The notes beneath the pieces are model-generated. The model had not been told where the DNA came from, did not search any database, and saw only the letters and a list, made by a program, of their open reading frames with translations. DNA of 64,000 bases from the human T2T-CHM13v2.0 reference genome, Homo sapiens, in assembly GCF_009914755.1 (NCBI RefSeq), contig NC_060943.1; one strand, 5' to 3'. How positions within the stretch are numbered: the first letter of the stretch is position 1; every line of letters begins with the position of its first letter. A program made the translations under genes and the position numbers. Below are positions 40,680-58,847 of the stretch, piece by piece.

Positions 40680-40910
40680 TCAAGATTTCTCAACCTTGGT
40701 ATTACTGACATTTGGAGCTGGATAATTCTTTACTGAGAAAGGCTGTCCTGTGCATTTTAAGATGCTGAACTGCATCCCTGGTTTCTACCAGCCAGATGCC
40801 AGTAGCATCTTGCCCCCTCCCCCTACATTCGTGACAACCAAAAACGTCTCCAGACATTGCCAAAAGTCCCCTTGGGGGAAAAATTGCTCCCAGTTCAAAA
40901 GCACTGCTTT
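40680..40910 (+). mobile_element. MER20
   Basis: TTTCTCAACCTTGGTATTACTGACATTTGGAGCTGGATAATTCTT..CTCCAGACATTGCCAAA. Confidence 0.8.
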
Positions 40911-41242
40911 ACATGCAGCCCAGGAAAAATTCCAAACCATTTAACTGTTCTTTCTCTGTTCCTTGTCATCAACATCCTGAATAGACCAGTCACCTGTTCT
41001 CAAAATTCCTTCTACAGATTCAAAGAAAGTGGTAACAGCAGAGTTTCAATTATGGGCATGGAGTGCCATATATAGACAGGAATTTCATTCAGAAAACTAT
41101 CAGAACCTTGGACAGAGATTCACACACAAAGATGTTTACTGCACTGTTATTTATAATGGCAAAACAAACAGCCAGAGATTGTTACATGAATATAATACAC
41201 GTATAAAGTGGAACATTATCAGATATTAACAACGGTCTTTTC

Positions 41243-41533
41243 TGGGGTTGCCACCAACCCATACAGCACCACTGTATGAATTTAAACAAGACACCCCTTT
41301 CTCTGGTTGTGAAATTAAACAAGACACCCATTTCTCTGATTGTGAACTTAAACAAAACACCCCTTTCTCTGTCAAAAATTGTCACAATAGCTTCATCTTG
41401 CTAGAACAAGATACTTAAGCTTTTATCAGCTGGGGTACTGAAATAGTAGACATACAAGCTCCATGATACTTAAGATATGTGACATGCTATCTTTGTGCAG
41501 TGCACAACCTGTGCAACTATACATGGTGGCCCT
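41243..41533. mobile_element. MER91-like hAT element with internal 33-bp triplication (41277-41371)
   Basis: Ends CCCATACAGCACC.. and GTGCAGTGCACAACCTGTGCAACTATACATGGTGGCCCT; three diverged copies of TGAATTTAAACAAGACACCCCTTTCTCTGGTTG. Confidence 0.65.
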
Positions 41534-41985
41534 TATTTTTTCAAGGATACCTAGTGGCATGGAAATGTGTTCCTAAAAGTTTACATGCATAAAAAGGTAT
41601 GGGATGAAATACATTAAAATGTCTTCAGAGATTTTTTTGTGGATGAGAGAGTATACATATATTTTATATTCTTTTTTGTACATGAGATGTTCAGTAAATG
41701 AAAAGGATAGGCCTCTTGGAGGAGGTAACTTTTGGGCTGAGACCTAAATGAAGAGAAGGAGTTAGCCATGGGGAGACCTGGAGAAACAGTGATGCAGGCA
41801 GAGGAAATAGCTTATGCTGAACAGAAGGAATGTCATGTAATGCAAATGACATGGGTGTGAGTAAAATGGTCAGCAGGGCTGAGACAGAATAGACAATGAA
41901 AGGAAGGTAGACAATGAAAGAGATGAGATCAAAGACAAAACAGGGACCAGATCACATGGGGCCTTAAAGGACCTTGCTACATCAG

Positions 41986-42330
41986 TGTGTTAGTCCGTTT
42001 TCACACTGCTATAAAAGTAATTTATAAAGAAAAGAGGTTCAATTGACTCACAGTTCTGCATGGCTGGGGACGCCTCAGGAAACTTACAAATCATGGCAGA
42101 AGGCAAAGGGAAAGCAAGGCACGTCTTACACGGCAGCAGGAGAGGAGAGAGAGGAAAGAGGCCCACACAAGTTTAAAACCATCAGATCTCATGAGAACTC
42201 ACTATCACAAGAACAGCATGGGGGAAATCACCCCCATGATCCAGTCACCTTCACCAGGTCCCTCCCATGACATGTGGGTATTACAATTTGAGATGAGATT
42301 TGGGTGGGGACACAGAGAAAAACCATATCA
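41986..42330 (-). mobile_element. THE1/MSTA MaLR solo LTR
   Basis: TG..CA termini with 5-bp TSD ATCAG (41981-41985, 42331-42335); GAGATTTGGGTGGGGACACAG. Confidence 0.88.
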
Positions 42331-42657
42331 ATCAGTAATCTGTAATCTCTGACTAGTGGGTAAGAATCTGGGGCATTTACCCAATCTGCTTGGAAGAGAA
42401 AGAGTCTACCAGTCCACCACCACATGCTATCCTATCCACCAATGGAGCAAAATCCAAGGAATTCCACTTTCAGTCCCAGTGCTGAAACAAAACCAGGTGT
42501 TTCCAGAATTTTAATAATCTTTGTTCAATAACACTGTTTACTTTCCTCACCATTACTCAATTAAATACTTATGCATGATATAGTGCAGGAACTTTGGGGG
42601 GATGTGAGGAAGGCAAATCACTGTCCCCTACCCTCAAGGAGCTTTCTAATTACATAG

Positions 42658-42945
<288 letters not shown>

Positions 42946-43119
42946 CTAAACATACAATCTTATTGATTTTTACAAAAGTGTGCAAAATTCACTTGATACT
43001 GGAAAAGGTACAAATAAGGTGGTAAGCGGAGAGACTTGGTCATTCCCAAGTCAAACAGAACACCAAATATCAGGGAGACCCACACATAGACAGCTACCCT
43101 ACCATACACCCTTATATCC

Positions 43120-43485
43120 AACATCCACCCATCCACCCACCCATTCAACCATCTATCATCCACTCATCCACCCATCCAGTCATCCATATTTTTACCCCTC
43201 AATCCAGTCTAGTCATCTGCCTATTTATTCATCCAGCCATATATTCACTCATACACCAATCCATCCAGTCATCCATCCAGTCATCCATTCACCCATCCAT
43301 TTGTCCACCCACCCATCGAGTCATCTACCAATCTACTTATCCACCCACCTACCCTCCAATCACCCATCCTTCCTTCCTTCCTTCATCCCATCCATCCATC
43401 CATCCACTCATCCATGCATCTGTTCAACCATCCATCCATCCATCCATCCATCCATCCATCCATCCATCCACCCAGCCATCCAACA
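43120..43485. repeat. Degenerate (CCAT)n/(TCCA)n tetranucleotide tract
   Basis: Direct inspection. Confidence 0.9.
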
Positions 43486-44692
43486 CTAACTGCAGAGGAT
43501 GCCTCCATCCCCTCTAAACCACAAACATCCAGCTATGATCCATAACTTAAAAGACTGCGTTGTGATCAGAAACAGGCCACAAGTCAAAAATTTGCATTCT
43601 GACAACTCTTTCAAAGACAACTCAAGTCTCTAAACATTTCTGACCATTCCAATTTGTGTAAGACCCAAACACTCCATGTCCTTGTAAGGCCCTCAGAGAA
43701 GCTAACCTATATTTGGTGCTCTGAAGTATTTGATGTCTTCAAAGACGGTGCCCTTAGGGAGAAGGTAAGACTAGAGACAGTATAGTTAGAGGAAGGGGAA
43801 GCTGTGGGGAGATTGGAGAGTCTGGCAATGGGGCATAACAAATGAGAGAAAAAGATTAGAAACATGGAAGAAGGATTGCTGAGACGTGGGGAAAATCCTA
43901 CTTGGGCCTAGGAATCATGGAATTCTAGTATGGACAATCAATGAGACCTTGTGATTGTGTTCTCCTTGGCTTATATATTGGAGCAACAGTGATTCAGCTG
44001 ATCATTCAGAAGAATGGGTTAACAACACAGACGCCAAAAATAACAGAGATCAAGGGAGTTGAGAGACTTGGCAAGAAAGAGCAGAATATTAACACTTATG
44101 CAGCACCTACTGTGTGCCACACACTATTCTCAGCAGTGGATCAGAGAAGCCCAAATATGGCCACCCACATAAGTCCATCCATCTATCCACTCTTCCATGT
44201 ATAAACACATATAGTGCTTCCTAAGTGTCAGGCACCACTCTAAACATCAGATGTATTAACTCATTTAATCCTCCCAGATAGGAGCTATTAGGATCCCCAT
44301 GGAGCTATTAGAATCACCACTGGGACAGACTGGGAAACTGAAGCACAGAACACTTAAGTGACTTGCCCAAGATCACGCAGCCAGTGACTAGTAGAGCTGG
44401 GATTTGAACCCCAGCCACCTAGCTCCAGAATCCATGCTCTCAACTCAACCATGCTGCTTCTCTACAACCATATCAATTGCCAGTGTCTAAACCACAGGTT
44501 CTGACTCTCAGAATACAAGCAGGACCAAGAGCTAACTGGTTGACCCAGCCTCTTAGAGAAAATGATGAGTAAGCTGTGAAATGTCTTAGCTCCTGCCATA
44601 AATGCTGATGAATCTCAGCTGATTCTAGGTGAAGCTAGATTTCCAAGTACACAGACTAAAATTAACACCTCGAATTCATTCATTCAAAATTA

Positions 44693-45124
<432 letters not shown>

Positions 45125-46191
45125 TTCATTGAGTTGGCTACTTCACAGGATGATTATATATGCCATGTGCTTTCTGGGTACAGTATCTTTTAACCTTCTT
45201 ACAATTCCTCGGACATAGGACTACTGTCCCCGTTTTACAGAGGAGAAGACTGAGGCTCCACAACTGTGAGCTGGAGCTGAGATTTGCAGCCAGGGTGGAC
45301 TGTTCCCAAGCTCTATATGTCTCCCCTCCATCCAATATCACCTTCCCTCCTCTTTTCCTCCTTACAGCCTCCACTGCTTGTGCTGTTAATCAAACAGACA
45401 CATTCCTATGCAGACGCCACAACATGCCACGAACACATTTCACTGCAGTGATGGTCAGCATAGCCCTCCCACCCACACACACCATGCCCATCATTCTCAA
45501 TAAAGAAGATAATAAAGATCATGGAGATAAAAGAACGTGACAGACTCTGGAAGATCAGAATCCATGTAACACCACTGCGGGCCAAGTTTTAAGTCTGCCC
45601 CAGAGTCTCATTGAAGACAAATCCATCCACTTTTACAAAAAGGTAACATCCAGACTTCGCCCTCCTGCAAATGCTGTTCGTATGAAAATACTTTAAAAAT
45701 CAGTTTAAAATTACATATATTTTTTACACATAGGCCTAAAATGAGAACAGAACTTAACAGCATGAATATTATTTACTGGCAAGTGGGTGACTAAGTTGGG
45801 TTTCCCTCATGGCTTCAGAGAGGGGACTCTTGAATCCTGTTATTTGGGGGCTGGGGGTGGGAGGCTGCTAATTTCTAACTGCAGGTGCCGCCTGAGCAAC
45901 AGGCACCTTTAAGGAAGACTCACGGCTGCTCCCAGTCTGAACGGCAGATAAAGCCGTGTCTGACCGAAGCGAGATGTCAAAACTTGATCCGGACTTAACT
46001 CAGGCATTTCCCTTCATAGCTGGAATCTCTCTTGTATTAGCTGCCTTAAAGACGGCTTCTAAAAGCTGCATTCATTCCAATAAAAAGTCTTGGCTTTTCA
46101 GAGGGAATAAGTAACTGACTCTCCCCCTTTCTTGGTCAACGGCACCATCTCTTGCACCATTCTTCTCTCTCAGGTGTTAAGAACTCACCAT

Positions 46192-46288
46192 TAGGGTGAC
46201 CAGCGTCCCAGTTTGCCCAGGACTGTGAGTTTCCAGAGATGCTAAACCCAGGATAGTCCCAGGCAACCCTGGCTGAAGGGTCACCCTA
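46192..46288. mobile_element. MER96-like miniature hAT element
   Basis: Terminal inverted repeats TAGGGTGACC / GGTCACCCTA with internal GTCCCAG/CCCAGGA repeats. Confidence 0.7.
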
Positions 46289-47879
46289 CTCAGATAAGAA
46301 CTGAGGCCCAGTGGTTTTTGAAACCTAAGTTGCTGTGCCCACTCATGGTTCCCTCGCCAGGAATGTTCCTTGTTTTTCCTATTTTTTTAGGGAGTGAGGA
46401 GAAAGAAGACCAAAGTTTGGAAGGGGAGGGGGGTACCTAAATTCTAAACCAAAAGTTGAGCAAAGTTTTTCTGTGGAGTTTGCAGTGGACACCTGGGGTG
46501 GCCATCCTGGGCTGCACTCTCGACCGGCCCCAAAGGAAGAGACAGGGCGTGCAAAAGGGGAAGAGGGAAGCTAATTATATACTTTAAAACTCCCTCACCT
46601 TGTCACCCACAGAGAGAGGGAGGGACCAAAGGAGGAAAGAGAATTAATTTTTACCTTAGACCCAAGGGAATAGAAAAATGGGTCAAGTGGCCACGAATTT
46701 TTTTTCCCCTGAAAGCTTCCAGAGAGAACGGAGAATGCAAAATGTCCAAAGGTGGCTTTAAAGAGCGCCACGATCAGGTTAATCAATCCACACTGACCAG
46801 TCGCAGGGGGTGGGGGGGGGGGGGCACTTCGCTCCCATTCCCACCCAGAAAGCCTCTTTTCTGGCCGGTTTCCAAAAAAAGAACACTGGAACCTAAATGA
46901 CTCCATGGTATTACGGCTCTGGCGTTTTGGGGTTTTTCTCTGTGCTGGAGACTGTGCTGGCCATTTTTCACGCACGACCCCATTTAATCTCCTGAGAGCC
47001 CTCCAAGGGAGATGCTACTAGAAGGAATATCCTCATCATGCATGTCAAGAAATAGGCTCTGGTGCCCAAGATAACATGGCTGGTGAATAATGTGAACCTG
47101 GGCCAGTCTGACCCAGAGTCCGGAGTGTTTTCCCTCTCCTCTCTGCCCTCTTTCAGAGCAGGCACCATCCCATCCGGCCCTTTTCTCAGGAGCTGAGCTG
47201 GCATTCTCGGAAATGCGTTACTGCACGGCTCTTAGGCTCTGATCATTTCTGGATGGAGTCCACCTTCCCGGCGGTGCTTTTTATTGCTGAGAAAGTGTAT
47301 ATGTGTGCTTGCTACTGGGGGGGAAACAGGGAGGGGGAAGCATAAGCCCTACGCACCCAACAGATGCCTCCCACTCCAAGTCCCTGAAGAAAGACTTCAT
47401 TCTCAAGGGGCCGCTGCATCCAATCTACTCAAGCACTAACATTTCAGAAACTTTCATTGGTCTGATAATCTCATGGACAGTCTCTCAACCCCCTGCAACT
47501 AAAACCCATCAAAATCCTAAAACGTTGGCACAAGGGTAGATCAGATAGATGTTATACAATTTAGTTAATGGGTGAAGACAGGTACCTTTTCTCATTTGCT
47601 CAGCAAACGTTTATAGGACGCCTGCTTTGTCCCACACACTGGGGTTGCAGTGGTGAGGAACAGGGTAAAGATCATGGGTCTCACAGCCTCAGAGCTTGAC
47701 TTTTTCCTGGGGAATGGTAGAACTACCAGGGAGGGGTGGAACCCCACCCAAGAGAACCCCTTCTTTCTCTCTCTCTAGTGCAGGCACATAGCTTTGAATG
47801 ACATCCTTAATCTTTCTTATTTCTCTGACCGGGATTTAACACTATTACTTCCACTCCTTTCCATAGATCCACATCCTTA

Positions 47880-49270
47880 ATCCTAAGCCATCGAGGCCAG
47901 ACGTGCTTTGGAATTCAGAACTCAGGGCTTTTAGACGCATTGCAAAGATGGGAATGTAAAATGGTACAACCACTTAGGAAAACAGTTTGAGAGCCTCTTA
48001 TAAAATTAAACATACACCTACCACACAACTCAGCAATCTCACTCCTGGGTTAATTTACCCAAGAGAAATGAAATGTATGAAATGAAATGTTCCCACTAAA
48101 ACCCATAAGCCAATGTTTATAGCAGCTCTATTCATAATCATTGAAACTGGAAGCATCCCAATGTCCTTCGGCTGGGAAGCAAACTCTGGTCCATCCATAT
48201 CATGGAATCCTGCTCAACACCAAAAAGGAAGGCGCTACTGTCACAGGCAACAGCATGAATGAATCTCAAAATCTGAGTAAAAGAATCCACATTCAAAAGG
48301 CTATATACTGTGAAATTATATTTATATGACCTTCGGCAAAAGGCAAAGCTGTAGGGATGGAGAACAGATCAGTGGTTGAAGGGGCTGGAGAAGTGGGGTG
48401 CTGACTCAAGAGGGGCACTGTGGGGGTATTTTAGGGTTGATGAAACTGTCCCATATCTTGATTTGGGTGGTGGCCACAACTACATCCATTTGTCAAAGCT
48501 TGCAGACCAGTATGTCAAAAGGGTGAATTTTGCTACAAATAAATTATACATCAATAAATCTATTTTTTTTTTGAGACAGAGTCTCAAAAAAAAGTACAGT
48601 GGTGCAATCTCGGCTCACTGCAACCTCTGCCTCCCAGGTTCAAATGATTCTCCTGCCAGCCTCCCGAGTAGCTGGGATTATAGACGCACAATACCACGCC
48701 TGGCTAATTTTTGTATTTTTAGTAGAGACGGGGTTTCACCATGTTGGCCAGGCTGGTCTCGAACTCCTGACCTCATGATCCACCGGCCTCAGCCTCCCAA
48801 AGTGCTGGGATTATAGGCGTGAACCACCAGACCCGGCCCCTATAAACCTGATTTTTAAGGAAAAGAAAAATGATAACAAGATGTCTCTATGATCTAACCT
48901 GGATACTCCAACCCTAGCCCATGAACTTACCACATGGGGAATCCCTAGAAGCTAGCTAGAAAAGCAGAATCCCAGACCCCACCCAAATCCTGCTGGACCA
49001 GAACCATCCTGTTAACAAGACAACTTCCATACACCTGAAAGTTTGACAGGACTACAATGCAGACCTAACAGTCAGGAGCTGAAGCAGCACCTCATCATCA
49101 AGCACATCTAACATTTCTGCTGCAAAACATACTCAAATGCACACCAAGTAGAATGAATGAAAACTGTAAATTAAGACTTCAAACTGAAGTCAGTTCAGGT
49201 TAGGTTTTACCTCTATATGAGCTCGTCTTTTGGTTTTTGGAGCTTTTTGGATTGGGGAATTGTGGATAAG
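47880..49270. mobile_element. MER46C/Tigger-like element split by L1MC fragment (47945-48560), Alu 48563-48839 (-) and MER5 remnant
   Basis: TTTGGAATTCAGAA and CAGTTCAGGT..TTTTTGGATT..GAATTGTGGATAAG; L1 ACAACCACTTAGGAAAACAGTTTG. Confidence 0.65.
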
Positions 49271-52200
49271 AAATTGCACCCTTTTTGAAAATACTCCCAT
49301 TGGAAAAGCCGTGCTAAATTTTACTTCGCAGAATTTTGCTCCTCTGGAAATACCAGCCAAGCCGGTCTAGTACAAGGATCACGTAAGTGACACCATCCTG
49401 CCCTCTACGGCAGTACCTTCTAGAACATTCTATCTCTCAGGACAGGCCAAGAGTCTGATAACCTGCTCCCATGTCTCCCAGCGCTTCTCATGCAGAAAGT
49501 TTCTCTTTAGAGAGCTTTTCTTAAAAAAAAAAAAAAAAAAATGAGAGGAGTGCCAATCAGCCAATGTCCACAGATGTCAAAGTGATGTCACCTGATGTCA
49601 ATGTGACTTTAGGTGTCTTGTTAAGATTTCTGCAAACCGGATGAAAAGCTGGAATTCTACGTGTAATTCAGGCGACTGTGCGTGATAATACACAGACCTG
49701 CTTCCAGTGTTCCTCCGATGGCCTGAGTTTCTACATCATGTTCAGTGGGAGACCTGGTGGCACAGGGAGGGCTGGAAAGATGACATTCACCTTGGCACTT
49801 GGTAGAAGGAGTGAGTGGCATTAAGTGGGGAGGGAACTCTAGGAAGGCTGACAGATGCTCCTTTTTGAGCTGACAGATCTGAGCTCTTCGGCAATCATCA
49901 GAGACCCTTATGGCCCTATTTGAATCACAATTCCAGTCAATGAAAACATGAAACCAAGGTGTGTGGTCAAGACGGCTTGCTGCCTGGCATGAGAAAAACA
50001 CGGCAATGTAAATTTGAACATCAAAGACTTCCATTTGGGTTTCCTCACTTAGGAAGAGGGGAAAAAATGAAATAAATGAGGATTCTTAATTGTCATTGAT
50101 GGCTTCAAGTTTGACCCACTGAGGGATGAAAGAGGAAGAAATCATAGTGACAAATTGCCCCGAGTGTGGAGAAAGCAAGACTGCATCCTTCACCAGTGTA
50201 CCATGCCGGAATTTACATTTGGAAGTAGCACTCTTAGGCCCTGTGAGCATACCGACAAGTTCATGGATCATTCACTCACTTCTCTTAAACAAGACAGGGA
50301 GGAACCTGCTTTCCATATCGACCTGCAACCCTTAGTCAACACCATTTCCAAATACACATCCCACGACACATGCATCAAAAAGTAGCAGGGGCGATTCCAC
50401 TCCTATCTAAGAGAACTGTGGGAAAAAAATAATAGAAGACACAAGAATGTTCCCAGTGGCACAAACAGAAATGACACAAATGCCCATCAACAGTAGAATG
50501 GATAGATTGTATTAGAGTCACATACACAGAAGTGAGCAAAAGAAGCCAGTGGCAAAAGAACGTACTGTGTGACTCCATTTACATGTTTAAAAGAGGCAAA
50601 ATGAACCTTAGAAGTCAGGTGAGCGGTACCCTTGTTGGGGGAGCAACTAGGAGGCGGTATGGGGAGGGGGACTTCCAGGGCACTGATCGGGACCTGGGTG
50701 CTGGATACGCGGGTGTGTTCATTTTGTAAAAATCTATGCATCTGAATATATGTACTTGCCTGTACATATATTAGACTTTATTTAAGTACCTACACACTTT
50801 TTTTTTCACTCTCAGGATATGCTTAAACATTTTTTTTTAATGGCAGAAATATTTAGATTAAAAAGTAGAATGTTCTGCCCTGGTATCGTGACTCTGACAT
50901 TCCACGTGTCTTTCTCTTTACACTGGCCTGAATTCTTTTATTCACTACCTCCCTCCCCAGGTCTCTGTCCATCCCCTCTCATCTCCAACCCTCCCACCCA
51001 CCCCGCCACCGCCCTCCGCTCCATCCAGGACAGAGAAAGCTCAGTCCTGGATGACCCAGCTCGATGACAGATTGTGAGGTGGGGAGTTTTCCCTTCCAGA
51101 GTAGGGCTGTATAATGTGTTTGTTACCTCGGGCCAAAGAGAACAAAAACAGTCTGCAGAGAGCATAATGCACAAACTCATCATAAGAGCAAGAAAGCCCC
51201 GGGCGAGCTGGCCAGAGAATAGATGAAGTGGCAAGCAACACTCGCAATTCACCTGCCTCCCTCTCCCACGATTCCCCCTTCCGAGGGGCCACTGCAATCC
51301 CCCTCTCCCCCAACAGCCCTCCAATCTGCAGGATTCAGGCTGGACAGAGGTAAGCTAAGGACACAGCAGAAGGGCTCCCCACCTCCTTCCTTTCCTCTTA
51401 GAAGTCTCCAAATCCAGGCTCCAGAAGGCGATCTAAAGCCATTTTCAATGAGGAAACCTGTCAGCCGAGCAAAGCCCTCTCACTCCTGGAGCTAACTGGG
51501 TGTGCACCCATGAATACCCTGTCCTCCTGCAAGGCACTCCCACTCCTCACTCTGTTGATAGGCAGAGTAATCAAGCCACCCCTGAGCACTTCAATGGGCC
51601 TGGGATGGTGAGGAATTGCTAACCTTAAGAACCAGCCTCTTTAAGAGTCTGAAACTTAGGAAGCAAAGACCTGGCACCTGCTTTGGGCACCAACGGAGAT
51701 GGCATCGTAGTTAGAGGTATGCTCCCCTCAAAAGCACCTCTGCTGAACTTCTTAATTTTCCCCACCCTCAAAGTAGACCACTCACACACTCCAAAACCTC
51801 AGTGCCCTCTGTTGCAATCCCAGCACCCAGGATCCAAGAGCCAGGCTCGATTCTGAACCCCCCTGAAGTGAGTCCCTCTACCACCCGCCATGCTCCTCAA
51901 ACAGCAACCCCCGGAGACCACACAGGGCCCAGCCCCGTTTAGTCTATAACTGCAAAACCACATACAAAAGGGATAGGGGACTCATCGCTGAGCCCCAGGG
52001 ACCCATCCAGCCCGTTCATTTTTACACAGAGGGCAGCTGGTTGGAACTGTGCGGAGAAGCGGCACATCTGGGCATGGCACAGTGGCCAGCCAGCCTGGGC
52101 AGCAGGGTGTGTCCCCCCTCCTGGAATCTGGGTCATGCTTAGATAACTGCTAGAAAGCCCGACTAATTACCCACCCTTGCCTGCCTACATCTCGATAGAT

Positions 52201-52712
52201 GTTAAGCCCTCCTCAAGGTTTATTTCAAGCAGGCAGGGATTTAAAGAAACACAGAAGATCTGCATTTTGATAGCATCTCCACAGAAGAAAATGTGGGCTT
52301 CACCTTTTTCCTCTGGATCTTTGATTAAAAAAAAAAAAATTTAAAAGGCATTTACCTACCTAAGATGTCCACATGGGTGCTGATTCTCCTGGTGTTCCCT
52401 CTCGGCTACTCGGGGTAGGAAAAGCTGGACATGGTGCTCTAAAATGGACCCACCACCTCATTTGCTGTTGCCCTGTCTTTCTTACTGAAAGTGTCCAGAT
52501 CAGGTCTTCCCAGGCCAGGGGCCCAGATAAAGCAAGTGGGATCTCTTTCTCGACACCCCCAAAGATGATGAGGTTCCCCAATCAGCGGTTAAAGGCAATG
52601 GGACCTACACACATGAGGGAAACATAAGCGCCCCCCAGCCCATCACTATCCTCTCCAGATAGGAACAGCGGCCCACCCTGGGGTACTCACTTCGGCCAGT
52701 GCTGGCTTCTCA

Positions 52713-53737
<1,025 letters not shown>

Positions 53738-53772
53738 CGGGCGGCGGCGGCTCGGCGCCTCGGGTCGGGGGC

Positions 53773-53820
53773 TCAGAAGGCGGCTGCCCGGGCCGAGCCG
53801 GGGATAGCAGCTCGGGACAT
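53773..53820 (-). other. Short cap-proximal uORF (MSRAAIPGSARAAAF*, 15 aa)
   Basis: ATG at 53820, stop ending 53773; relevant only if the TSS lies upstream of about 53825. Confidence 0.35.
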
Positions 53821-55419
53821 CTTCCTGGCTGACCCCGGAGAAGGAGGGGCGGGAGGAGGGTGCGGGGGCGGGGCGCGGGGGCCCGGGGAGGAGGGGGGAG
53901 GGGAGAGAGAAGCGAGGCAAAAAATAACCGAGGAAGGAATCCAGGCAATCCCCAGTCCACCCACTCCGGAAAAAAAAAAAAAGAGACAGTTAAAAAAAAA
54001 AAATCCACCCAACGCACACCCCCTTTAAGACGCGAACGGTTTGCAAAGGACGCCCCCCCCGGGACGCAGTGGAAGCTTCAAATTCCTCCGAGGTCCGGGT
54101 CAGGCTGGCATCTTGCAAAAGGAGTGCGCTCGGCCCATTAAAAAAAAATAAAAAATAAAAAATAAAAAAATATATATATATTTAAAAATAAAGAAAGACG
54201 AAACCCAGGTCTAGGTGGGGAGGGCAAAAAAAAAAAAAAAAAATTAAGTGCCCTTCTGTTTTGCTGGAGTTCCTAGACCTTAAAAATGCTGAAAGATCTG
54301 TAGCTCCAAAAATAAAATAAAATAAAAACAAAGAAGATGAAAGGGAAGGGAAAGAGGAGGGAAGGGGAGTAAGACGCTCCAGAGGGTTCCTAAGGAGTCT
54401 TCACACCGCAGGGTCCAGGTTTAAAAAAAAAAAAAAAAATTTTTTTTCTTCCTGAATCACCAACGGCTGCCTCTTCTGCTCCCGGAGGAAGTGTGAGTGT
54501 GTATGTGCGCACAGCGTTTCGCTCAATGGTGCCTCATCTTGGGGTTAAATTGCAGCAGTGAAATCCTGAAAATTCCCAACAGGGGGAAAAGAGAGAGAGA
54601 GAGAGGTATGCGCCCTCCGCTTAGCCACTCAATAGCTGCCCCTGGATGCGGCAATGCCTCTCCACCCTCCAAATCCCTCCACCTCCTCCTTCTCTAGGTT
54701 TTGCTAAAATAAGACTGGTGTGGAGGGTTGCGGGTAGAAGAAGGTAAAGAGGAAAAAAAAATGGGCGCAAAGGTCTGAACCACTGGCCAGCAAACGGAAA
54801 AGGGGAGCAATTGATGAGTTTAACAGTAGAAGGACCCACCCAGAGTGTCGACACATGAGGGCCCGCGACCAATCGTGGAGGCTCGTGGAGGCGCGGGGGT
54901 ACCGGGCTCAGCGGAGTTTGTGGGGGAGAGAGGGGAGCGTCGCATGGTTGGGAGGCAGGGAGGGGGGAATTGGGGTGCTTCCTCCTCCCCTGGGAGGAAA
55001 GCCTGTTTTCCACCCCGTTCCATTTCGGTTGCAGACAGCCGGACGCTCCCCAGCATCTTGCAAGGAGAAGGCAGGATGGAGGCAGGAAAAAAACTTAAAA
55101 GACAGAAAAGAGAAGGGGATTTGTGTCTAGAGGTGCGATTCGTCAGTCTCTAAACAAATTTGCTCTGTTTAGCAAAAGACCATTTTTGAAAGTGGAGAGA
55201 GTGGTTTGGGGTTACTTCTGTGAACGTTTCAAATCACAAGGACTCCTGCAAGTTGGAATTAAAGGTTTATTCTACCTTGGAGACCCCAGAGGTGACAAGT
55301 CTGAACTCCCAGGAGGAAATAATTAACCAGGTCCTAGTTGGCTGGATAGGGGTTCTGGGTGGTATAGTTTGCTTGATACTCACGTCTCTCCAGAACCACT
55401 TTGATTACTTCCCATTCTG

Positions 55420-58847
<3,428 letters not shown>

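Noticed and set aside
41277-41371. 33-bp repeats resembling a CRISPR array
   Set aside because: Head-to-tail with no spacers, eukaryotic DNA, inside a DNA transposon.
41543-41554. AG|GTATCCTT as a recursive U12 splice site
   Set aside because: No U12 branch consensus 10-20 nt upstream; kept only as a possible decoy donor.
42980-43489. 169-aa His/Pro/Ser-rich ORF
   Set aside because: Translation of the (CCAT)n tract.
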